Below, piece after piece: positions 26,668 to 36,152 of a stretch of 62,874 nt of DNA (position 1 is its first letter; every line of letters starts with the position of its first letter). The notes under the pieces are model-generated. The model did no database searches. It saw only the letters and a list, made by a program, of their open reading frames with translations, and was not told the DNA's origin. The DNA is from Gemmatimonadota bacterium. GTDB lineage: Bacteria; Latescibacterota; UBA2968; UBA8231. The stretch covers positions 1 to 62,874 of the forward strand of contig JAYPJE010000009.1 in the NCBI GenBank assembly GCA_038128265.1, in the 5' to 3' direction. Made by a program: the position numbers and the translations under genes.

Positions 26668-29048
26668 CGTCAGTAGGCGACGGATACCGTGTGCAGCTGC
26701 GTGGCATCACCAGCGGCCGCATTGGCATCAATTCGGTAGAGATACACCCCCGGAGCCACGCGCTGACCCGTCTCATCGCGCCCGTCCCAAACAAAGCGAC
26801 GCGCAGGACCCGTAGACACTCCGGCCAAACGGACCACCACCCGACCCGACATATCCAGCACCTGCACCTGGGGTTCCACTGCATCGGCCTTGAGCAGCAC
26901 AAAGCTCAGCGACAGCGCATCGTTGACCCCATCCCCGTTGGGCGTAAACGCACGACCCGATATCTGCAAATCGTCAATCAAGCGATCCGTCGCCACCAGA
27001 TCCGGCAGCAGCACCACGTTCGAGCGACGCGCCGCCGGTTCGACATCCTGCCACAAATCCGGCGATGCGCTCGAGCCCAAATCAAGCTCAATCACAGAGG
27101 CGTTGCGCACCAAGCGCGTCGTAAAGCCGACCGATACCGAATCGCCCAACACCGCATCCGACAGCGAGACCAGCAGCGAATCGCCCTCCACCTGCACCGA
27201 AAGCGGCTCGATGACCTGTTGACCAACGGTCACTGCCACATCCTCAACGGACAGCAGGTCCGGCACCACGAAGCGCAGGCGGTCAAAGCCGGCATTGCCG
27301 CTGCGCGCGTCCGGCCACAGCGTGTAGGTAAAACGCGTGTCCTCGTTGGGCTTGGCACTGCGCGGATGGATCGTACCGCGCGCCCCGTTGACCAGCGCAT
27401 CGACATACTCCAGCGACACCGAGCGAACCAGCGGTGCCACTTCGTAGTCCTCCGTGGCCAGGATCAGCTCAAGCTGCACAAAGCGACGCGGGCTGTCCGA
27501 CTGAAACGACTCGCCCGAAAACTTGTACTCGTTGCTCCACTCGCTCCAATCCTCGCCCACCACGATCGTCGTGTCGACCGGGCCGCGCAGCACCTTGGGC
27601 GAGCTATTCCATTTCTCTTCCGTAACGATCTCGCCGATCTTGTTGCGGAACGTATACTCTTCGCCCTGCTCGTTGCCCGAGCGCGTGCGCAGCTCGATGC
27701 GCGCTCCCGGCGGCAGATCGGCATCCCAGTGCACCGCCTTGATCACCTTGGGCTGGCCATCGCCAGCAAGCTGACCCAGGTTGATAAAGTCCGAGCGCAG
27801 CACCACTTCGGCCGGATACCCCGGCGAATACATGTGAAATTCCATCGGGTGAGCCCGCCAGCCCAGATCGTGCAGCGCCAGCCAGAAAATGTGCCGCACT
27901 TTGCGCGGATTAAACAGATAGCGGTAGTGTCGCTTAAACTGCTCGCGGACATTGGTCCACTCGGGCTCAAAGATCCACTCAGTATAGTCAATGTCGCCTG
28001 AAAGCGTGCGCGTGCCGTCCGAAGAGAAAAACGTGTAACCGGTGCCGGCATTATTCGTTCCTAAACTAAAGGTAGCCAGGCGCTCGCCGGCTTTCTGCCA
28101 GTACATAAACGCGTCGTCGACCCAGTAAGTCACCCCCAAATCCACCTGCCACCACAGACCGCCCTCAAAGGCCGTCCCGCGCGATTCGGTAAACTGCTGG
28201 TGCACTTCCACTACGCCGTAGGTGTTTAAATTGCCGTCCAGCCAGTAGAGGGGATCTGTCGCACGCGAGCCGTTGACATACGATCCACCGCGCGACTCCA
28301 CGCCCAGGCTAATATTGTCGCCGACTGTGATCACCTCCAGCTCGGCCAGCGCGCCGTCCAACTGCTGCTCATCGGCGATAAAGCGCACAAACTGCACCAT
28401 CTGCCACTCCGAGTTGACCGCCACGACTTCCGCATCGCCGACCAATCCCTGCACGTCGGCCTCCGTCCGCCCCATGGCCACCGCCAGCGCACGTCGCTCG
28501 TCCGTCAGCACCTCCAAAACGCGGGCCGTATCCTCTTCGGCCGGGCGAAAACCAAAGCGAACCAGCGCGTCTCGGTTCGGCTCCGTCGTCCGGTAGACCG
28601 GATTAAAGCGAAATACATCGTCTTTCGCCGACACATGGGCGCCGGTCGCGGTAAATACACTGAACTGGCGGAAGGGACGCGCCCCCTCTTCGTCGGGAAA
28701 GTGCAGGCGGATTTCCTTGACCAATACCGCCCGGCCCAGATCGATCTGAACGATCCACTGATCCACCGAATCGTCCCCGTCCGGCTGCCAATACGTCGTG
28801 CGATCGCCGTCTATCAGCAGCGGCGCATCGCGCTCGTTGCTCAGCGCAGACCAGATGCCACCGCTGACGTCACCCCGCTCGTTCGATGGGTGCGTAAACA
28901 GATGCGCATCCTGCGTGGCGTTGATATCCTTGCGAAATTTGACCAGACCCAAATGCCCCGCCGCATCGAATACCGTGATCCCCGGCTTCATCTCCCACGT
29001 GCTGCGCCAAGAACTCGGATCGCCAAACGTCAGCATATCCCCGCCGGC
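26668..29048. repeat. Direct repeat copy 2 (about 2.38 kb)
   Basis: See copy 1; the six-frame ORF translations are duplicated verbatim. Confidence 0.95.
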
Positions 29049-29114
29049 GAGAGAGCTGAGGCCCAGCGTAGTCGCCAATCCGCATATTAGGAGCATCTTC
29101 TTGTCCATTGGCAT
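26670..29114 (-). CDS. Secreted discoidin-like/FlgD-Ig paralog C (814 aa; duplicate copy 2)
   Basis: Start MPMDKKMLLICG after an AGGAG RBS, 16 nt after the upstream stop; mature part identical to copy 1. Confidence 0.87.
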   Translation of the reverse strand: MPMDKKMLLICGLATTLGLSSLAGGDMLTFGDPSSWRSTWEMKPGITVFDAAGHLGLVKFRKDINATQDAHLFTHPSNERGDVSGGIWSALSNERDAPLLIDGDRTTYWQPDGDDSVDQWIVQIDLGRAVLVKEIRLHFPDEEGARPFRQFSVFTATGAHVSAKDDVFRFNPVYRTTEPNRDALVRFGFRPAEEDTARVLEVLTDERRALAVAMGRTEADVQGLVGDAEVVAVNSEWQMVQFVRFIADEQQLDGALAELEVITVGDNISLGVESRGGSYVNGSRATDPLYWLDGNLNTYGVVEVHQQFTESRGTAFEGGLWWQVDLGVTYWVDDAFMYWQKAGERLATFSLGTNNAGTGYTFFSSDGTRTLSGDIDYTEWIFEPEWTNVREQFKRHYRYLFNPRKVRHIFWLALHDLGWRAHPMEFHMYSPGYPAEVVLRSDFINLGQLAGDGQPKVIKAVHWDADLPPGARIELRTRSGNEQGEEYTFRNKIGEIVTEEKWNSSPKVLRGPVDTTIVVGEDWSEWSNEYKFSGESFQSDSPRRFVQLELILATEDYEVAPLVRSVSLEYVDALVNGARGTIHPRSAKPNEDTRFTYTLWPDARSGNAGFDRLRFVVPDLLSVEDVAVTVGQQVIEPLSVQVEGDSLLVSLSDAVLGDSVSVGFTTRLVRNASVIELDLGSSASPDLWQDVEPAARRSNVVLLPDLVATDRLIDDLQISGRAFTPNGDGVNDALSLSFVLLKADAVEPQVQVLDMSGRVVVRLAGVSTGPARRFVWDGRDETGQRVAPGVYLYRIDANAAAGDATQLHTVSVAY

Positions 29115-29130
29115 CGTCAATTTCTCCTGC

Positions 29131-31176
29131 TTAGTAGACAACGCCGACGGGGCGCATCTGTAAGTCATTCTGCTTTTCTGCATCAATGCCGATGCCCAGC
29201 AGATACATGCCCGGTGGCAAAGACCGGCCGCTGTCGTCGCGACCGTCCCAATTCAATTCCTGCGGACCGGAACCTTGGATCCCCTTCTCAATCGAGGCGA
29301 CGCGCCGACCATCCAGCGAAAAAATATGGATTTGGACGGGCACTCCCTGGGGCAGCCCGTAAAGCGAGTAGGAAATACTCAACTCATCGTTAATACCGTC
29401 GCCATTGGGCGTGACGACGCCGCTGGAAAACGCCAAGTTTTGCACGAGATCGGGCGCTTCGTCTGAAGAAGCCAATACGCGCAGGCCGTTTGTGCTAACT
29501 TCTTCGCTCGCGTCGCCCCCCTCTACCGGCTGCGGCAAATCGGCACTGCCCACGTTGTATACTTCGCCTGTGAACGTGCGCGCAAAGTCGAAGACTTCTG
29601 CGGCAAAATGCACCTGTATATTGGGGTTGCGCGTACGGGTAACGCGATCGGCCAACTCCACGACGATAGTCGATCCGTCGCGCTCTGCGCGTATCGGATC
29701 AACGGCAACACCATCAACCGTGAGCCCCTTAAACTCGGCTTTCTCACTGCCTGTATTAATGCGCAGAGCATCAAAACCGGGCTCACCAAGACCGAATTGT
29801 GCCTTAATCTCGTATAGGAAATCCGTTTGCTCACCCATATTGACTTCAGCAACGCCACGAATCGGATTCGGCTCATCCAGGCGCGCGACTTCGCCGATAA
29901 CGCGCGTAGCCAAAATGGGTGAGGTTTCGATCCACAGTGAGTCGAGTCGAGCAAACTCGTCAAAGCGCTCGCTGTGCAAAATAACCTTGAGCTGTAAGTA
30001 GGATCCTCTATTCAGATTCAGCAGATTGCCCGACTCCGTCGTCGGAAAGGACCAGAAGGTCCAGTTTTCCGTATCAGACTCAATGCCGGCGCGAATACCG
30101 GGTTTGGGCCGCACCGAAAGCGTAACCGATCCGCCCAGACCATCTGAGTTCGTAATATTGCTAGTCTGGTTTTTGAGGACGTTTTGGTAGCGCTCCTGCG
30201 TCACGACTACCCGCGTGCCCATGTCGGTGTATTCGTAGTAGATATCAGGTACGGGGTCGATGCCCGTTCGCACTTCGACTTCGGCCCATACATTGGCATC
30301 GGGGGCTTCGACAGCAACGCTATCAACCATGCGCATCGGCGTGATGTGCCAATACAAGCGACCAAAGTTTACGACCCCGTCTAGCTCCAGGATATTCGTC
30401 TTGTAATTAGCCCGCTTGGGCATTCCCTCGCCATAGAGGGAAAACTCCCCGACCGTACCGTTGCGCGCCGTCCCTCCCGTTCCTTCGGAGTTGGCAAAGA
30501 TATCGATGATCGATTCCAAGCGCTTGTAGCGCATATAGCGGACATACTGCTTGGGAAATTCTGCAAAAATAATGGGCCGCGCGTTTTCTCGCGCTTCCGT
30601 TATGATATCCCCAATTGGATTGGAAGTGTTGAGCACATCGTTGTTCGTGTCGGGAGCAATCGAGACCTGATACGCTGGGATGGCATCCTGATCCAAAGGA
30701 GTGCCGTCTGAACGGAAAAAACCGGCATCGGGCGTGCGCATGGCAAAGCCAAATAGGGGCACGGGCACGCCGAGATCGATTGTGTAATACTCACTGGCAA
30801 TGCTATTGCTCGTAGTGGGGTTGTAGGTAAGGCCCGTGCCGTCGATTAGGTTGAGGGCATTGTCTACCGTCGCACTGGTCCCACAGCATCCCTTCCATGC
30901 TCGCGGCCGTTCGCCGTCGACAAAACCCAGTTCATCTGGATTCTTTTTGGGAGACCAATTATCGAGAAACACGAAGACCGTCGAATCTGACGTAACGAGC
31001 TTCGGCTGTATAGAAGTGCGGGCCGCTTCGAAGTCGATCATTACCTGGGCCGAATCGTTGCCAGCCCAAGGCAGCCCACTGCCTCCCATCTTCCACAGGG
31101 TCACTTCGGCATTGCCGATCGAAGCATGCGCAACGAGCACGGCAAAGGCCAACCAATGCTTGGCTATGGACCTCAT
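29131..31176 (-). CDS. Secreted FlgD-Ig paralog B (shorter subfamily)
   Basis: AAGGAG RBS, signal peptide (GNA-E), WKMGGSGLPW, TIDLG, NFG.L.W, VSTNGLRV, VTPNGDGIND, WDGRD, ends VVY. Confidence 0.85.
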   Translation of the reverse strand: MRSIAKHWLAFAVLVAHASIGNAEVTLWKMGGSGLPWAGNDSAQVMIDFEAARTSIQPKLVTSDSTVFVFLDNWSPKKNPDELGFVDGERPRAWKGCCGTSATVDNALNLIDGTGLTYNPTTSNSIASEYYTIDLGVPVPLFGFAMRTPDAGFFRSDGTPLDQDAIPAYQVSIAPDTNNDVLNTSNPIGDIITEARENARPIIFAEFPKQYVRYMRYKRLESIIDIFANSEGTGGTARNGTVGEFSLYGEGMPKRANYKTNILELDGVVNFGRLYWHITPMRMVDSVAVEAPDANVWAEVEVRTGIDPVPDIYYEYTDMGTRVVVTQERYQNVLKNQTSNITNSDGLGGSVTLSVRPKPGIRAGIESDTENWTFWSFPTTESGNLLNLNRGSYLQLKVILHSERFDEFARLDSLWIETSPILATRVIGEVARLDEPNPIRGVAEVNMGEQTDFLYEIKAQFGLGEPGFDALRINTGSEKAEFKGLTVDGVAVDPIRAERDGSTIVVELADRVTRTRNPNIQVHFAAEVFDFARTFTGEVYNVGSADLPQPVEGGDASEEVSTNGLRVLASSDEAPDLVQNLAFSSGVVTPNGDGINDELSISYSLYGLPQGVPVQIHIFSLDGRRVASIEKGIQGSGPQELNWDGRDDSGRSLPPGMYLLGIGIDAEKQNDLQMRPVGVVY

Positions 31177-31321
31177 GGTATCACTCCTTGTTTTTTTCTG
31201 CAAGGCGTTTTAACGAAACGCGAAATACCCGTTAAAAACAGTGTTTTTTACAACGTGCAGAAGTGAAAATCATCCGTCAAAAATAACGTTATCTCAAGCC
31301 GATTGCAATATGTACCGTCGT

Positions 31322-33100
31322 TTAGAGGTCGGCTATTCGCTGGGTATACTCGGCCAATGCATTCTCATCAATACCCCAATCTGCCGCATACTTTTTCCTC
31401 AAATCAGAGGACAGTCTTTCCACTCGTTCGTGCTGTTTTGCCTGCCGGGCGTAGAAGAGGGCTTTTTCTTTACTCGCCTCAAAGGTCTGCACGCGTTCCG
31501 GTATGCGCTCTAACACCATGAAGATGGAGAAGGCATTCTTTAGCACGCGCGGTTCCCGAAGCGTCGAGGGCATGGGCTCGATTAACTCAATGGGACCAAG
31601 GAGTTCATTTAAAGGCGCATCTACAGCCACGTCCATCAGTTCCTTGTAAATCATTTGCTCAAACGCGCGCATGGCAAAAAGTCCACCGTTTTCATCGGCG
31701 TAGCGCCGGATGCTATGGCGGGTAGCTAAATCGGCCATATCCGCTCCCTGGCGTACTTGCGCTAAAAGATCTTCGGCCTCCGCACGATCGGCGACCATGA
31801 TTTCCTGAAAGACAATCTCTGCGGGTATTTTGTAGCGCTCTGGGTGAGCGTCGTAATGAGCACGCATCTCCTCTTCGCTTATTTCGACGGCCTTTTCCAT
31901 CTCACTATTCCACCACTGCTCTAACAGCTTCCGCTCCCGTTCGCTGGCGACCTGACGCAGCACGCTGGGGTTCTTATCATACCCATTTGCGCGCGCGACC
32001 TCCGCTAGCAGCAGGTCGGGAGCAGCCTTTGAACGAATGCGCTCATCGACCTGGGCACTATCTACTTTTGACGAGCCCAAGCGCGTGTTAATCAACACGT
32101 ACATCGCCTGTTCGAGCGTAATTTCACCCCCGTCATACATGTACAGCGGAGCGGCAAAGAGTTCAGGCGTCAAATTGGGACTGCCGGGCGCTTGATTCCA
32201 AGCATCCAAAAATAGGGCCAGGTTATCCGCATCAACTCTGAGGTTTAGCTTGTACTGCAGGCTGTCTATATGCACCTTCTTGAGCCGGTTAAACTTAGCC
32301 ATCATCGTCGAGCGCTGTATAACGGTGCGGTATTTTTCATAGGGGACTAGCTTTTTGTCTACGACCTTGGCCAACTCCCACCCCTGCGCAGTGCGAAAGG
32401 GCTCGCTGACATGCCCCGCTTCCATCGAGAACACTTCCCTGTAGATTTGATCGGAAACGCGGTCAAATGCGTAGTAGGTATCAAATGCACCGCCATTGGC
32501 CGCCGTGCTGTCATCAAGAGAGTATGCTCGCGCCAAGTCTTCAAACGAGCGCTGCCCAGCGGCAATCAGGGCATAGAGCGAATCGGCAAGCGAGCGCGAA
32601 GCCACTAGAATGTGTGCCCCGCGCACGGCAAAGCGCGCCGGATGAGATTCGAAGCTCTCTCGCAGTTCCTCTTCGGTTATGGTTATATTCTGCCCCACGG
32701 TCTGGTGCAGATAGGTTTCAATCATCGTCTTGATTTCGAGAATTTGGAGCGACTCCCTCAGTGCAGGATCGTCTCCCAACCCTCTCTCTTCCGCCTCGCG
32801 AATAATCAACTTTTCATCGATCAAGCTGAGTAGATGATCGCGATGACGCTCGCTGCCTTCTGCTGTTGACCTATGCACGGGCTGAATTTCCGCTTCGTAT
32901 GCGCGGAGCTGCCGTTCGTTAATGGGCACGTCGCCAACGACGGCCAGCGCATCGCCTGGGACCTCTTTACTGCCAACGACGGCCGACGTCTGTTGTGCTG
33001 GCTCTCCTCCCTGCTGACCGCAGCCTGCAAATTGCAGGGAGACGAGAGCGACTCCCAGTGCAAGCATCACATGATTTACCTTGGCAAGTTTGTATGTCAT
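31322..33100 (-). CDS. Lipoprotein parvulin-type peptidyl-prolyl isomerase (two PpiC-like domains)
   Basis: Lipobox FAGC; HILV...FEDLARAYSLD..TAANGG and EIMV...MADLATRHS...NGG; SurA-like N-domain. Confidence 0.88.
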   Translation of the reverse strand: MTYKLAKVNHVMLALGVALVSLQFAGCGQQGGEPAQQTSAVVGSKEVPGDALAVVGDVPINERQLRAYEAEIQPVHRSTAEGSERHRDHLLSLIDEKLIIREAEERGLGDDPALRESLQILEIKTMIETYLHQTVGQNITITEEELRESFESHPARFAVRGAHILVASRSLADSLYALIAAGQRSFEDLARAYSLDDSTAANGGAFDTYYAFDRVSDQIYREVFSMEAGHVSEPFRTAQGWELAKVVDKKLVPYEKYRTVIQRSTMMAKFNRLKKVHIDSLQYKLNLRVDADNLALFLDAWNQAPGSPNLTPELFAAPLYMYDGGEITLEQAMYVLINTRLGSSKVDSAQVDERIRSKAAPDLLLAEVARANGYDKNPSVLRQVASERERKLLEQWWNSEMEKAVEISEEEMRAHYDAHPERYKIPAEIVFQEIMVADRAEAEDLLAQVRQGADMADLATRHSIRRYADENGGLFAMRAFEQMIYKELMDVAVDAPLNELLGPIELIEPMPSTLREPRVLKNAFSIFMVLERIPERVQTFEASKEKALFYARQAKQHERVERLSSDLRKKYAADWGIDENALAEYTQRIADL

Positions 33101-34515
33101 TTCGTTTCCCCTTTTAACTGGCGCGCTTTGCCCCTGTGTTGCTCGCTGAGCGCGACTTCACCCATCTGCTTGTATGCTTCGGCTAAACCTTGGTGGGCCG
33201 GAGCCCACGCATCGTCAATGGAGGTGGCCTTCTTGAGGGCGGCAATGGCCTCATCCGTGCGCTGCTGACCGAGATAAACCTGGGCCAACAGCGTCATGGC
33301 CGGCACGTGCTCGGCATCGGAACTGAGTATTTGCTCGTAGGCGGCTGCGGCCTGGTCCAAATGGCCCGTGCGAAAGTAGATATTACCCATATTGTTCAGC
33401 GCCTGTATATTGCCTGGATTCACCGTTACGGCGCGCACGTAGTGAGGCAGCGCCACGCCGGTAAACCCCAGCCGCCCGTATATATAGCCCAGGTTGTAAT
33501 GGGCCTCGCCGTCATCCGGATCACTGCGAACGCGTTCCTGAAAATATTCGATCTGCTCTTCAAAGCTCTTCACCTTCTCATATGCTTCCAACGACTTTTG
33601 CCCGGCGCTTTCACGCCCTTGGCGTAGGTAAATCTGACCGAGCATGCGAAAAGATTCGGCGATGCCTGGTTCGATAAGTATGGTTCGGCGCAGGCGCTCA
33701 GCAGCAGCAGCCAGATCGTTTTGGCGCATATCTAGCCGCGCAATTTGCACGTGGGCCTGTGCATAGGTGGTGTCGACGAGCAGCGTCTTCTCAAAATGGG
33801 CGCGTGCCGCGGCATCGTCTCCGCTGTTGAGCATCGCCTCCCCCAGCGCATAGAGTGCACGGGCGTGCTGCGGATTGCCTGCGACAACCTGCTGTAAAAG
33901 CGATTTAGCCCGATCGTATTGCCCCAGATGAACGTTCACTAGGCCCAGGTTAAAGCGCGTGCTTTCGTCTTCGGGTGCCAGTTCCAGCGCGCGCGCATAC
34001 TCGCGGGCCGAATCGGCCAGGCGCCCCTGTTTGCTGTATACGGCCGCCAGGTTGCGGCGGGCCGCCACATAGGTAGAGTCCAGGTCGAGGGCTGCGCGAA
34101 AGGCATTTTCTGCTTCATCAAACCGGTTAAACTTCAGATGGAAGATGCCCCATCCCACCTGCAGAGATGGATTTTGCGGCTCGAGCGCAACGGCCATGGC
34201 GTAGAGTTCCCCCGCCTTGTCGACATCGCCCAGCGCCAGGTGCGTGCGGCCCAGGCCAATGAGCACTTCGCCGGACTGTGGGTTCTGTCGGCGCGCCTCG
34301 TTAAAGGCCGCCAGTGCTTCTCGGTACTTGCTCTGGGCAAGCAGGGCGCGCGCGCGTAGGCGCGGGTCGCGCAGGGCGCTCTGAACGGCTTGCGGCTGGT
34401 TTAGCTGACCAATATCGCCCTCATCCAGCACCATAGTCGGCTCTCGCTGCTCGACATGGCCCTCGTCGCTGCACGCCGTAAATAGCGCGATGCTGCACAG
34501 TATCCAATACTTCAC
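33097..34515 (-). CDS. TPR-repeat lipoprotein
   Basis: Lipobox FTAC; about 11 TPR units. Confidence 0.9.
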   Translation of the reverse strand: MKYWILCSIALFTACSDEGHVEQREPTMVLDEGDIGQLNQPQAVQSALRDPRLRARALLAQSKYREALAAFNEARRQNPQSGEVLIGLGRTHLALGDVDKAGELYAMAVALEPQNPSLQVGWGIFHLKFNRFDEAENAFRAALDLDSTYVAARRNLAAVYSKQGRLADSAREYARALELAPEDESTRFNLGLVNVHLGQYDRAKSLLQQVVAGNPQHARALYALGEAMLNSGDDAAARAHFEKTLLVDTTYAQAHVQIARLDMRQNDLAAAAERLRRTILIEPGIAESFRMLGQIYLRQGRESAGQKSLEAYEKVKSFEEQIEYFQERVRSDPDDGEAHYNLGYIYGRLGFTGVALPHYVRAVTVNPGNIQALNNMGNIYFRTGHLDQAAAAYEQILSSDAEHVPAMTLLAQVYLGQQRTDEAIAALKKATSIDDAWAPAHQGLAEAYKQMGEVALSEQHRGKARQLKGETK

Positions 34516-36152
34516 GGGAGGTCTTTCTCCTCAATTTTCACATACTGATTTGCCAAAATGTCGTCTAATGCGTGCCGCTTGCCCGAAGGCCAGCGCACGG
34601 CAACGCGCTCTGCGGCGCGGGCTTCTCCCAGGCCAAAGAGCAGGCGACCGTCGTGAGACGACAGATAGCTGCCGCCTGCCCGCCGCTCGCGCAATTGCCT
34701 CTTGTCCCCGACCCAAACTTCCACTACGGCCCCAACACCGTCGCGGTTGTCCCCGCTCCCCACGAGCTCGATGCCCAGCCAATTGCGCGCATTGCCCCCG
34801 TCGTTGCGCAGCAGCGCAGCTGGTCCGGCCGAGTTACTTACGGCGATGTCCACATCGCCATCGTTGTCGATATCGCCGAATGCGGCACCGCGACTCACCT
34901 GCGATAGGTCAAAACCGGGGCCGGCCTTCATATTCTCCACAAAGCGCCCCAGACCGTCGTTGTCCAATAGTTGGTTGCGCTGTGGGTAGGTGCTGGCATG
35001 ATCTACTTGTTCCACATTGTCGTATACGTGCCCGTTTGCCACGAATAGATCGAGGTCACCGTCATTGTCGTAGTCGAGGAAACCCGTGCCAAACCCCAAA
35101 TAGGCCATACTTGCCTTTTGCACGCCGCTGGCTACGGTAGCATCGATAAAAAAGCCACTGCCGGCATTGCGATAGAGCGTGTTGCTTTCCCACTGGAAGT
35201 TGGTCACAAAAAAGTCCTGCAATCCATCGGCATTGACGTCGCCCAAATCAACGCCCATACCCGCCTCGACACCGCCCTCGTCGTTTAGACTGGTACCGCT
35301 GGCAAGGCCGCGTTCAACAAAGTGCGAACCGTCGTTGCGATAGAGCATATTGGGGGTCATATCGTTGGCCAGGTAGAGATCGGGATCGCCATCGCCATCG
35401 TAGTCACCCAAGATCACTCCGAGCTCTTTGCCTTCCGTGCTAAGCAAGCCCCAATCGCCCGTGCCGTCGCGCCAGCCCCAATCGGCCTCGGCGCCCCCGT
35501 TTATGTAAAGGCGATCGACCTGACCGACAAATTTGCGCGGGTCGCAGTATAGACGCTCATCGCTATTGCCCACCCAGCAGCTGACCAAATCTTGGCCCAG
35601 CGGATATTCGACGTAGTTGCCGACAAAGAGATCCAAATCGCCGTCCAAATCGACATCGGCAAAGGCTGCGCTCGTTCCCCACCCGGGATCGTCGACCCCC
35701 TGCGATGCATCATCGAACAAACCGTTTCCAGCGTTCTTGTAGAGCACGTTCGCGCCAAAATTGGACACGTAGAGGTCGGGATACCCATCGGCGTTGTAAT
35801 CACCGACAACGGCACCCATACCGTATCCGACGTCGGCAACGCCCGCCCGTGCAGCCACCTCAACGAAGCGATTGCTGCCCTCGTTGCGGTACAATGCGTT
35901 GGGCGCAAGGGGCGCCTGCGTCAGGCCCGGAATACGTCCGCTGTTTACCCAGTATGCGTCAAGCTGGCCGTCGACATCAAAGTCGATAAAGGCCACGCCC
36001 GAGCCATACGTTTCGGGAAGATAGCGCATGCCTTCGGCTCCGTTCTGATGGACAAAGTCGATGCCGGCCTCTCGCGCAATATCGACAAAGACCACCTCTC
36101 CATAAGCGCTGCTCCACAGCAGGCACACGCATGCTATAGTGCGCCGGATCAT
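34512..36152 (-). CDS. CRTAC1-family protein (FG-GAP/VCBS repeats plus ASPIC/UnbV)
   Basis: Repeated DxDxDGxxD motifs, SRGAAFGDIDNDGD, GGSYLSSHD.RL.FGLG, VRWPSG. Confidence 0.92.
   Translation of the reverse strand: MIRRTIACVCLLWSSAYGEVVFVDIAREAGIDFVHQNGAEGMRYLPETYGSGVAFIDFDVDGQLDAYWVNSGRIPGLTQAPLAPNALYRNEGSNRFVEVAARAGVADVGYGMGAVVGDYNADGYPDLYVSNFGANVLYKNAGNGLFDDASQGVDDPGWGTSAAFADVDLDGDLDLFVGNYVEYPLGQDLVSCWVGNSDERLYCDPRKFVGQVDRLYINGGAEADWGWRDGTGDWGLLSTEGKELGVILGDYDGDGDPDLYLANDMTPNMLYRNDGSHFVERGLASGTSLNDEGGVEAGMGVDLGDVNADGLQDFFVTNFQWESNTLYRNAGSGFFIDATVASGVQKASMAYLGFGTGFLDYDNDGDLDLFVANGHVYDNVEQVDHASTYPQRNQLLDNDGLGRFVENMKAGPGFDLSQVSRGAAFGDIDNDGDVDIAVSNSAGPAALLRNDGGNARNWLGIELVGSGDNRDGVGAVVEVWVGDKRQLRERRAGGSYLSSHDGRLLFGLGEARAAERVAVRWPSGKRHALDDILANQYVKIEEKDLP

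Noticed and set aside
24048..28001. Two 436-aa plus-strand ORFs (24048-25358 and 26691-28001)
   Set aside because: Arg/His/Gln-rich antisense frames of the duplicated genes.
24025..29048. Diversity-generating retroelement (template/variable repeat) explanation for the duplication
   Set aside because: The repeat is gene-length, shows no adenine-specific mismatches, and no reverse transcriptase is present in the window.
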